Source: Cylindrospermopsis raciborskii Cr2010
GTDB taxonomy: Bacteria > Cyanobacteriota > Cyanobacteriia > Cyanobacteriales > Nostocaceae
Direction of reading: 5' to 3'
Length of the DNA stretch: 32,000 bases
NCBI RefSeq assembly: GCF_003367075.2
Contig: NZ_CP065936.1
Location: forward strand, 1,530,001 to 1,562,000
Part shown: positions 8,433 through 16,707 of the stretch, piece by piece
How positions within the stretch are numbered: the stretch's first letter is position 1
How the letters are laid out: each line of letters opens with the position of its first letter
Made by a program: the position numbers and the translations under genes
Notes under the pieces: generated by a model
What the model was told of the DNA's origin: nothing
Database searches by the model: none
Seen by the model: the letters and a program-made list of their open reading frames with translations, nothing else

Positions 8433-10277
8433 TCAACCTTGAGAACCGGTCATAATTAAAACCACTCCCTCTATTTTTTTATCAATCAGAGGGGTTAGAC
8501 CTACATAACACTCAATAATTTTACCTCGACGATTGGTAGATTCTACGCGCACTTCTTGGAAATCTGTCTTCCCCGAGAGAATATCTAAAATGGGCGCTCG
8601 CAATTCCTCTACGGGTAAACTAATATCCAGACTAAATAGAGATTTATTGATTACCTCATCATAACGCAGTCCCCATAAGTCTTCTACCAATTCGTTCCAG
8701 TTTAAAATGCTAAAGTTTTTGTCAATAACTACTATGCCTTTTTGTAAACTCTTGAAAATGCAATTGATAAAAACATTGTTTCGGTTCAGTTCTAAAGTAC
8801 GTTCGCTTAATTCTTGATTAATAGTTTGCAGCTCCTCATTGGCAGAATGCAATTCTTCATTCATAGTCTCTAGTTCTTGATTAGTGGACTGTAATTCCTC
8901 ATTAGTAGTTTCCAGCTCTTCATTGGTAGATTGCAGTTCCTCATTGGTCGTTTCTAATTCTTCATTAGTAGATTGCAGTTCCTCATTGGTCGTTTCTAAT
9001 TCTTGACGAGAACGTTGTAATGCTTCCTGTAGCTCCACATAACGGGTAACGTCATTAAAAGCAATGCTCACTCCTAATAGACTCAAATCATTCTCTTGTA
9101 AGGGTGTAATTAACACATCAAAATACTGTTGTTCCGAGTTGGGAACATAGCGTTCTATACTGTTTAAAGTAATGGGACGACGCTCATTATATGCTCGCTC
9201 AATTAAAGAACGCAATTCTATGGGACGATAGGAAAGCTCCAACTCATAAAACTGACGCTCTAAATCCATTTTTGACAAGCCAAATAAATTGCGAGCTGCT
9301 TCATTAATAATGATTAATAAACCATTGATATCAATCACTATTTCTGCTACGGGTGCTGACTCAAAAGCTAAATCTCGCAGACGAATGTTTTGAGATAACT
9401 GACGACTGGATTCGTCATCTACCGAGTTGGCCATAACTAGCAGGCGATCGCGTATATTTGTTGATGATAACTTAGTAAATAATCTATTTTTTATGTCTAC
9501 AGGCATAAATAAACTAGAATACATTAACAACATTTCTGCTTTTCCTAAAAACAGATAACCAGTATCATTCAAGGCGAAATGAAACCTAGCCATAATACGA
9601 CCCTGAATCTCAGAGTTAAAATACATTAACGTATTACGACATACTAATAGGTCTAGGCGAGAAATAGGAGCATCAATAAATAAATTGTGCCTGCCAAAAA
9701 TCACAGAACGGCGTAAATCCTGACGGAAAATATAATTACTTCCCGTTAAATCAAAATACTTATCACGGAATTTTCTAGGTACGGATTCAACACTTTTAAC
9801 AGGGAATAATGCCTGTCGAGCCTGATTAAGAGCTTCTTCATCTATATCTGTAGCATAAATTTTTACTCGCTGACGAAAATCTTCTGCACCCAGATTTTCA
9901 GTCATCAGTATAGCTAGGGTATAAGCTTCTTCCCCGGAAGCACAACCAGCACACCATATACGAATTTGTTCATTCTTTTTTTTGCTTTTAATAATATTAG
10001 GGATCACTTGATTTCCCAAGTAATCCCAAGCTGAAACGTCCCGAAAAAAATCAGTTACATTGATTAAAATGGTATTAAACAGATTATTAAATTCTTCTGG
10101 ATCAACTTCCAGATAGTCCATATAGTCTATAAAATTATCTATATTTAGTGCTTGAATGCGTTTAGTTACTCTCCGGACTAAGGTAGATCGTTTATAACCG
10201 GTAAAGTCAAAACCTCGGTTTTGTCTAATGTAAGTGAGCAACCTTTCAAAACAAGGATCTTTTTGTTCAAGATTCAT
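8433..10277 (-). CDS. CheR-type methyltransferase with C-terminal coiled coil and PAS domains (no CheB or kinase part)
   Basis: 614 aa; FDFTGYKRSTLVRRVTKRI, VTDFFRD, RIWCAGCASGEEAYTLAIL, ISRLDLLVCRNTLMYF, then an EELQSTNEELETTN repeat helix and a PAS-like C-terminus. Confidence 0.85.
   Translation of the reverse strand: MNLEQKDPCFERLLTYIRQNRGFDFTGYKRSTLVRRVTKRIQALNIDNFIDYMDYLEVDPEEFNNLFNTILINVTDFFRDVSAWDYLGNQVIPNIIKSKKKNEQIRIWCAGCASGEEAYTLAILMTENLGAEDFRQRVKIYATDIDEEALNQARQALFPVKSVESVPRKFRDKYFDLTGSNYIFRQDLRRSVIFGRHNLFIDAPISRLDLLVCRNTLMYFNSEIQGRIMARFHFALNDTGYLFLGKAEMLLMYSSLFMPVDIKNRLFTKLSSTNIRDRLLVMANSVDDESSRQLSQNIRLRDLAFESAPVAEIVIDINGLLIIINEAARNLFGLSKMDLERQFYELELSYRPIELRSLIERAYNERRPITLNSIERYVPNSEQQYFDVLITPLQENDLSLLGVSIAFNDVTRYVELQEALQRSRQELETTNEELQSTNEELETTNEELQSTNEELETTNEELQSTNQELETMNEELHSANEELQTINQELSERTLELNRNNVFINCIFKSLQKGIVVIDKNFSILNWNELVEDLWGLRYDEVINKSLFSLDISLPVEELRAPILDILSGKTDFQEVRVESTNRRGKIIECYVGLTPLIDKKIEGVVLIMTGSQG
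8818..9006 (-). repeat. In-gene tandem repeat (21/42-bp period) encoding a heptad coiled coil
   Basis: Encodes ELETTNEELQSTNEELETTNEELQSTNEELETTNEELQSTNQELETMNEEL..., with near-identical 42-bp DNA units such as gattgcagttcctcattggtcgtttctaattctt. Confidence 0.85.
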
Positions 10278-10441
10278 TTCTCAAAAATCACTAAAGGTTC
10301 GTTACTAATGGATTTTAGCAGTTGTATGGCTGCAGAGGTACGAGATAAACCAAGAAGCCTACTCATCAACTTTATCCATAGTGCTTTGGCTAAAGCTATA
10401 TTATGGCAAGAATTGTCTCAAATTTAAAGCCCTCCTGATAG

Positions 10442-10641
10442 GATGCTGACTTAATTGACAATTATTGGCATGCAAAATATCTGGAACATTGGTTTCATGG
10501 TAAAGATATTCAAAAAGCTATGCAACGCCAGAAATCCAAATACATTAGTCTAGACAATTTTTTTGATTGGGCGTTGAATTACCTTGATATTAATCCGTAC
10601 CCGATTTGATTGAATTACGCAATAGAATTAGCTCTCTTTAA
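10442..10641 (+). pseudogene. Possible decayed ORF fragment of unknown family
   Basis: Frame from 10442 reads DADLIDNYWHAKYLEHWFHGKDIQKAMQRQKSKYISLDNFFDWALNYLDINPYP. A one-base shift near 10602 continues it as DLIELRNRISSL then stop. Two stops lie immediately upstream and there is no start codon. Confidence 0.4.
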
Positions 10642-10686
10642 CCAGTATTTTCCCTATGGTTAATACTGGTTAGAAAACTAGTGTAA

Positions 10687-12057
10687 CTAAAGCAACTTCA
10701 TGGTTTTGGTAATTACCTGTAAACTTTCTTCAAACAAAGCTTCACGACCCCAACGTTGCACTTGTTGACTTAATAAGAACTCTGGTTTTTGTTCTGCAAG
10801 GGAATTAACCTGTTGAAACAATCCAGCACTTTGGGCTCCACCCTGAGTTTCCATTCTCATACATCCGCCAGTTTCCGTGCAAATCACTGTACCACAATTA
10901 GCTTCAGGATTAGAAGAACTCAATCGTAGAGCAATTAAATCACCTACGATTTCACCAATATCAGCAACTGGAACACCCGCCAACTCAGCTGCTATTTGTC
11001 TTTGATCCTTAGATACAAAAACAATATTGGTAATGTCATAGTCCCCCGATTCCTTCTGATAAGAAACCGGTTCCCATTCTAAACGACTGGCTAACCAACC
11101 CAAAAATAATAAGGCTTGAGCGGGATTGCCCTTTTCATAATCAATATTCACCCGATCAACTTGTCTTAAAGCTGCTCTACGTTGAGGCGCATCATAAGCT
11201 TCAGCGGTTAGTTCTTGCCATGCAGAAAGTCTGCGCCAATTTAAGTCAGCCAGTGGTACACCCGTATCTGCTAAATCCTGTAGAGTTAATAAATCCTTTT
11301 CAGGAGAATTAAAGTTACAGGAATCAACAATTACATTATTACAAACTGCTGCTAATCTCTTAAATAGAGGGTTTTGGGAGTCAGGAGTAGCTTTCCACCA
11401 TAAAAACTTGGGCAATCCGCCAATTAATAAAGCTGGGATCATGCCACCAATTCGTTCCAGCGCCGTGGTAGTTCCCGTGAGAGTGATATATTCACAACAA
11501 ACCAGGGTGCTGGAACTTTGTTTTTGAATGGGACAATAAGCAGAAACCTGTGCTTTTACCCCTTCATCTTCCCCTGCGATGGGACATAAAGTAATAATTC
11601 GACAAGGGTTACGCAAGGCGATTTCATCAGCAATGGTGGGACTGGTAGGACTGTGAGTATAACCCATGGCCGCACCATGACTGTCTCCGTGTTCTCCACT
11701 ATGCTGAAGTTTGAAATATTCTTTCCGTAAGACACTAATGGTTTCTGATGTGGGAATACCAGTTTCCGACAGACCGTGTTTTTTCTGCACCTCTCGAATA
11801 GAAGTTTTGGTGTGAGGTCCCAAAATACCATCAATTGGACCAGTATAAAAACCAGTTGCTGCCAATAGATATTGGGTTTCTTCTGGCTCATACACCACTA
11901 AAGTAAACGTGGTAGCACGAATAGCTGCTGGTAAAGTTCCATTTTCACCCTGAATACCGTAACTTTGCCAAATCTGAGCCAGTTCATTTTCAATATCCGT
12001 CACGGAAATGTCTTTAGGTGCTTGCAGGGAATAAATTGTAGAAGTTTCAGTTACCAT
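10687..12057 (-). CDS. opcA: Glucose-6-phosphate dehydrogenase assembly/allosteric protein OpcA with N-terminal peptidoglycan-binding-like domain
   Basis: ORF runs 10687..12105. Start MVTETSTIYSLQAPKD at 12057 avoids overlap with zwf. Central and C-terminal parts are OpcA-like (RIITLCPIAGEDEGVKAQVSAYCPIQ...); N-terminal LLAATGFYTGPIDGILGPHTKTSIREVQKKHGL is PG-binding-like. Gene is adjacent to zwf. Confidence 0.88.
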   Translation of the reverse strand: MVTETSTIYSLQAPKDISVTDIENELAQIWQSYGIQGENGTLPAAIRATTFTLVVYEPEETQYLLAATGFYTGPIDGILGPHTKTSIREVQKKHGLSETGIPTSETISVLRKEYFKLQHSGEHGDSHGAAMGYTHSPTSPTIADEIALRNPCRIITLCPIAGEDEGVKAQVSAYCPIQKQSSSTLVCCEYITLTGTTTALERIGGMIPALLIGGLPKFLWWKATPDSQNPLFKRLAAVCNNVIVDSCNFNSPEKDLLTLQDLADTGVPLADLNWRRLSAWQELTAEAYDAPQRRAALRQVDRVNIDYEKGNPAQALLFLGWLASRLEWEPVSYQKESGDYDITNIVFVSKDQRQIAAELAGVPVADIGEIVGDLIALRLSSSNPEANCGTVICTETGGCMRMETQGGAQSAGLFQQVNSLAEQKPEFLLSQQVQRWGREALFEESLQVITKTMKLL

Positions 12058-12089
12058 ATTTTTGCACTTGTCTGTTTGGATCTGTGATT

Positions 12090-13619
12090 CTAGAGTCTGC
12101 GCCAACGACGACCATCTTGATTAATCAGTAATTCTGCTTCTGCTGGTTCCCAAGTACCTGCTTCGTATTGAGGCACGGTATCAGGATCTGATGGTAAGTC
12201 CCATACGGAAAGCGCAGGTGTTACTACACGCCAAGCTGCTTCCACTTCGTCTGAACGAGTAAATAGGGTTTGATCCCCCATCATACAGTCTAAAAAGAGT
12301 CGGTCATAAGCATCTGATGTGGCTTCTATACCAAAAGAACCGTAAGTGAAATCCATATCCACAGAACGAGTGCGGAAATCTCCACCAGGCATTTTTACAT
12401 CAAAACGTAAGGAAATACCCTCATTGGGTTGGATCCGCATGGTTAAAATATTAGCATTTGCTTGTAAGGCCGCAGAAGGGAACATTCTGGAAGGAACTTC
12501 CCGAAAATGAATGGAAATTTCACTCACTTTTTTGGGCATCCTTTTACCAGTTCGCAGGTAAAAAGGTACTCCTTGCCATCTCCAGTTATCCACCACAAAT
12601 TTCATGGCTACGTAAGTAGGTGTTGTTGAGTTAGGATCCACCCCCGGTTCCTCCCGGTAACCAGCAACTGGTTGTCCTTTCATCCACCCCCCACTATATT
12701 GTCCCCGAATAGCAGAACGGGATAAGTTATTAACATCAGCCAATCTAGTAGCTTGTAATACCTTTACTTTTTCCGTGCGAATACTATCCGCATCCATGGA
12801 ATTAGGTGCTTCCATAGCTGTCAAACAATAAAGCTGCATTAGGTGATTTTGCAGCATATCCCGTAAGGCTCCGGACTTCTCGTAGTATCCTGCCCGATCT
12901 TCCACACCTACGGTTTCAGCAACGGTGATCTGCACATGATCCACAAATTGCCTATTCCACAGGGGTTCAAAGATAGCATTGGCAAATCGGAACACTAGCA
13001 AATTTTGAACGGTTTCTTTGCCCAAATAGTGGTCGATACGGTAGACCTGGTTTTCTTTACAAACCTTTTGTACTACTTGGTTCAGGCTTTGTGCTGATGC
13101 TAAATCCCTACCAAAGGGTTTTTCAATCACTAGACGGTGTTTGTATGGGTCTTCTAACATTCCCGCTCCCCCCAATTGCTTAATTGCTTCTGGGAAAAAA
13201 TTGGGAGCAACCGAAAGGTAAAACATCCGATTCCCCCTTGTTCCCCGTTGGGGATCAAGTTCGGCAAGGAAATTTTTCAGTTTTTGATAACCTTCTGGAT
13301 TGTCTATATCACCTGCACAGTAGAATAAACCTTGACAAAAGTCCTGCCAAAGCTCTCCTAATTCCACTTTAGGATGGGCTTCTCGCATACCTTTTTCCAT
13401 CTGTTCCCGAAAATAGTTATGACTCCAGTCACGACGGGCCACACCCACAATGGTGGTTTCTGGGGGAATGCGTCTTTCTCGACGGAGTTTGAACAGAGCA
13501 GGAACAAGTTTACGCCAGGTTAAATCACCGGAAGCACCAAAAATCACAATAATTTGGGGTTCTGCCATCCCCTGTTGTTGTAACCCAACGCGCAAGGGAT
13601 TTTCTAACAAACTGACCAT
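12090..13619 (-). CDS. zwf: Glucose-6-phosphate 1-dehydrogenase
   Basis: 509 aa; [82 protein letters not shown]. Confidence 0.97.
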   Translation of the reverse strand: MVSLLENPLRVGLQQQGMAEPQIIVIFGASGDLTWRKLVPALFKLRRERRIPPETTIVGVARRDWSHNYFREQMEKGMREAHPKVELGELWQDFCQGLFYCAGDIDNPEGYQKLKNFLAELDPQRGTRGNRMFYLSVAPNFFPEAIKQLGGAGMLEDPYKHRLVIEKPFGRDLASAQSLNQVVQKVCKENQVYRIDHYLGKETVQNLLVFRFANAIFEPLWNRQFVDHVQITVAETVGVEDRAGYYEKSGALRDMLQNHLMQLYCLTAMEAPNSMDADSIRTEKVKVLQATRLADVNNLSRSAIRGQYSGGWMKGQPVAGYREEPGVDPNSTTPTYVAMKFVVDNWRWQGVPFYLRTGKRMPKKVSEISIHFREVPSRMFPSAALQANANILTMRIQPNEGISLRFDVKMPGGDFRTRSVDMDFTYGSFGIEATSDAYDRLFLDCMMGDQTLFTRSDEVEAAWRVVTPALSVWDLPSDPDTVPQYEAGTWEPAEAELLINQDGRRWRRL

Positions 13620-13663
13620 AGGGATTTGAGGGTTGAGATTTTGTTGAGATTTTTAATTTGACA

Positions 13664-13801
13664 TCAGGTAATTCTTAATGTAATGGTTACACCAACCAGA
13701 TTTCCTGGCCGTACCCTTCCATTAACAATACCTATACTGGTGACAATATCTTGATTTTCTCTTTTAAAGAGTTCATACGGGACTGGAATAGTTTTAGATC
13801 C
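13664..13801 (-). other. Cryptic or relic coding-like segment in the fbp-zwf gap
   Basis: Minus-strand frame reads GSKTIPVPYELFKRENQDIVTSIGIVNGRVRPGNLVGVTITLRIT then stop. No start codon and stops directly upstream. Confidence 0.25.
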
Positions 13802-13825
13802 CTATCAACTTTCATATTTTCTAGG

Positions 13826-14884
13826 TTAGGAATTGGCAGCTTTCTGTCCTAAATCCTTCCCTAAAAATGACTCTACTTTGGCTACGTCGTCTTTACTACC
13901 GATAATTAGCGGTGTTCGTTGGTGTAATTTGGTTGGCACTAAGTCCAAGATGTCTATTTTTCCATTACTAGCACGACCTCCCGCTTGTTCTATCAGAAAT
14001 GCTAAGGGTGCATTTTCATATAATAATCTTAACTTACCTTCTGGTTTTTGTAATGTCCCAGGATACAGAAATACACCACCTTGTACTAGTATCCGATGAA
14101 TATCACTAACCATAGCCCCACTATAACGTGCTGTATAGCCTTCCGTGCGGTGAACGTAGCGAATATATTCCCTAAATGGTTCCTCCCATTGCCAAAAGTT
14201 GCCTTCGTTTACACTATATACAGGCCCATGTTGGGGAATTTTTACTTTTTCTTCTGTGAGAATAAACTCTCCTAAACTGGGATCTAAGGTGAAAAAATGT
14301 ACCCCTTTACCTATACTATATACCAACATGGTACTGGGTCCGTATAGTATATATCCAGCTGCCAGTTGTTTTCTACCATGGTTTAAGAGGTCTTTTGCTT
14401 CACCGTCTAAGTCTGTTCCTTCCTGTTGTCGAATGGAAAAAATTGAACCCAAGCTCAAGTTGATGTCGGTGTTGGATGAACCATCAATGGGATCATATAA
14501 TAGGGTGTAACGTCCAATTGGGCAGTTTTCTGGAATGTAATAGGGTTTTTCCATCTCTTCGGAAGCAAGACGACAAACTAGTCCACTTTGCTTGAATACG
14601 GATATAAATACTTCGTTGGCATAGATGTCCATTTTTTTGACGGTTTCACCTTGGATATTGGTTTCCCCCGTAAAACCTAAAACATCCTCCATTAATCCCG
14701 CACGGGTGAATCTACGAGCGATTAGTTTACCTGCTAAAGCAATCCGATTCATTAGGGCACTTAGGTCTTGGGCTTGGGAGTCAAAGCTTTCCATCTGTTG
14801 CAGAATATGACGAGACAGGGTTGTACAATCTCTGTCTAAGGTTTTATCTGTGGATGGTTCTGAATTTGCTTTCATTTGTGTCAT
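13826..14884 (-). CDS. fbp: Class I fructose-1,6-bisphosphatase
   Basis: 352 aa; [81 protein letters not shown]. Confidence 0.96.
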   Translation of the reverse strand: MTQMKANSEPSTDKTLDRDCTTLSRHILQQMESFDSQAQDLSALMNRIALAGKLIARRFTRAGLMEDVLGFTGETNIQGETVKKMDIYANEVFISVFKQSGLVCRLASEEMEKPYYIPENCPIGRYTLLYDPIDGSSNTDINLSLGSIFSIRQQEGTDLDGEAKDLLNHGRKQLAAGYILYGPSTMLVYSIGKGVHFFTLDPSLGEFILTEEKVKIPQHGPVYSVNEGNFWQWEEPFREYIRYVHRTEGYTARYSGAMVSDIHRILVQGGVFLYPGTLQKPEGKLRLLYENAPLAFLIEQAGGRASNGKIDILDLVPTKLHQRTPLIIGSKDDVAKVESFLGKDLGQKAANS

Positions 14885-15051
14885 TTCCTATAGCCTGCTT
14901 GGGAGTGTTGTTTGATCGCAATCTTCTTGTTTTGATGATCTCTCTTCCAATTCCATTCTTTATAGTTTTGATGCGCTACCTTTAACTCTCATTATAGTTT
15001 ATAGCTCTAACCATCTGCAAGGGGACAAATTACACCCACAACCCTAACTCA

Positions 15052-16164
15052 TCAACGAACTCCAGTTTTGGTGCCATTTTTGCCTGCTACATCCTCCGGT
15101 AGTTCCACGCCAAAAACACGAGCAAAAGCCTTTTCTACTTTATAGCCAGAATCAATAGACTCTAAAGGGTCTTTACGTAAACGATGACGTAGGCACAACG
15201 TAATGACTCGACGAATATCTTCAACTGTAACTTCCGTCCGTTCTTCAAATGCAGTTAAAGCCTTAGCTGCACGATTAGTCACAATGTCTCCCCTTAGCCC
15301 ATCCACATCTAACTGTGAACAAACTTCGGAAATTTTGACTCGCATATCATAATCAATATTTACACTTGGCAATAGCTCCTGTGCACTGACAATTTGCTGC
15401 TGTAATAACTCTTGCTGAAATTGATAATTATCTAGAAATTGAGCCGGATTTTGATCAAATTCTGAGCGTTGTTCCACAATTTGCACCCGCAAAGCAGGTT
15501 CTTTGACAGTGTGAATTTCTGCGTGCATCCCAAACCGGTCAAGTAGCTGGGGACGCAGTTCTCCTTCCTCTGGGTTTCCTGAACCAACCAACACAAATCG
15601 CGCTGGATGACGAATGGAAATGCCTTCCCGTTCCACCGTATTCCAACCACTAGCAGCAGAATCAAGCAGTACATCCACTAAGTGGTCATCTAATAGGTTG
15701 ACTTCATCCACATAGAGAATACCCCTATTGGCTTTGGCTAATAAACCCGGTTCAAACGCTTTCACACCTTCGGATAAAGCTTTTTCAATGTCAATGGTAC
15801 CACAAACTCGGTCTTCCGTTGCACCCAGTGGTAAATCCACCATTTGCACCTTTTTATGACCAATGGCAATTTCTAAACCTTCGGCTACTTGTTGACGTAC
15901 TTCATCACTCATCAAGTCCGGATCGCTAGGATCACTGTTAAAGGGATCATTAGCCACTACAGGAATCTCTGGCAATAAATCCGCTAAAGCCCGAATTGTG
16001 GTAGATTTACCAGTACCGCGATCGCCCATAATCATTACGCCACCGATTTTGGGGTCAATTACGTTGAGCAATAGGGCTAGTTTCATTTCTTCCTGACCAA
16101 CAATGGCGGTGAATGGGAAGACTACGCGGCGTGTACTTGTCTTAGATTGAGCAGTTGAAGTCAC
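15052..16164 (-). CDS. chlI: Magnesium chelatase ATPase subunit I
   Basis: 370 aa; [110 protein letters not shown]. Confidence 0.97.
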   Translation of the reverse strand: MTSTAQSKTSTRRVVFPFTAIVGQEEMKLALLLNVIDPKIGGVMIMGDRGTGKSTTIRALADLLPEIPVVANDPFNSDPSDPDLMSDEVRQQVAEGLEIAIGHKKVQMVDLPLGATEDRVCGTIDIEKALSEGVKAFEPGLLAKANRGILYVDEVNLLDDHLVDVLLDSAASGWNTVEREGISIRHPARFVLVGSGNPEEGELRPQLLDRFGMHAEIHTVKEPALRVQIVEQRSEFDQNPAQFLDNYQFQQELLQQQIVSAQELLPSVNIDYDMRVKISEVCSQLDVDGLRGDIVTNRAAKALTAFEERTEVTVEDIRRVITLCLRHRLRKDPLESIDSGYKVEKAFARVFGVELPEDVAGKNGTKTGVR

Positions 16165-16249
16165 TAAAAATTACCTTAACAATATTTTTTTCGATTACAA
16201 CTCCCTATTTTGCCATGTTTAGAGGCGATTGAGATCTTTATTGACAACT

Positions 16250-16271
16250 CCCCTGTCTAAAGACGCAGGGG
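16250..16271. other. Small hairpin CCCCTG-(10)-CAGGGG, resembling subterminal hairpins of cyanobacterial IS200/IS605-type elements
   Basis: aactCCCCTGtctaaagacgCAGGGGattcacaac; no transposase nearby. Confidence 0.25.
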
Positions 16272-16394
16272 ATTCACAACAAACCTAAGAAAGGTGCGAT
16301 TCCGAGTATTAAATTTTTCTTAATTTATGGATCTGTAGTTTCCTATCTACGGTATTTTGACTATGTCAATTGACACTATCTAGGAGAACCCGTT

Positions 16395-16707
16395 ATGAGG
16401 TACGCTGCTTTCTGGCCAAGATTTTTGGCCTGGCTTATTGATTCCATAATACTATCAATTATAGGATCGTTGTTGGGATTTGTTCTGGGCAAAAAAGCTG
16501 GTGCTATTGCGATTGTTGTTAGTATAGTAGCGAACTGGCTGTACTTTGCAATCTTGGAGAGTTCTGACAAGCAAGCAACTTTAGGAAAGCAGGCTTTAGG
16601 TATAGTTGTGACCGATATGAACGGCGAGCCAATTTCCTTTGCTAGAGCGACTGGCAGGTATTTTGCTAAATTTCTCTCAGGACTGGTTCTTCTGATAGGC
16701 TATATAA
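16395..16707 (+). pseudogene. RDD-family membrane protein, 5' fragment (interrupted by IS)
   Basis: MRYAAFWPRFLAWLIDSIILSIIGSLLGFVLGKK...TLGKQALGIVVTDMNGEPISFARATGRYFAKFLSGLVLLIGYI is RDD-like. Homology ends at the IS boundary and the ORF reads on into IS sequence to 16886. Confidence 0.92.

Noticed and set aside
8818-9006. Regular short direct repeats that could look like a CRISPR or minisatellite array
   Set aside because: They are in frame within the CheR-PAS gene and encode a heptad coiled coil. There are no spacers or cas genes.
10221-10427. Plus-strand 68-aa ORF MSNVSEQPFKTR...LSQI
   Set aside because: Not accepted as an intact gene. It overlaps the CheR start antisense and has no recognised family. 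Its latter part might belong to the decayed fragment reported at 10442..10641.
11556-11891. Plus-strand 111-aa ORF
   Set aside because: Fully antisense to opcA; composition is typical of a shadow ORF.
14199-14510. Plus-strand 103-aa ORF opposite fbp
   Set aside because: Antisense to the strongly supported fbp gene; no recognisable domain.
16376-16570. Minus-strand 64-aa ORF opposite the RDD gene
   Set aside because: Antisense to the RDD N-terminus and lacks independent support.
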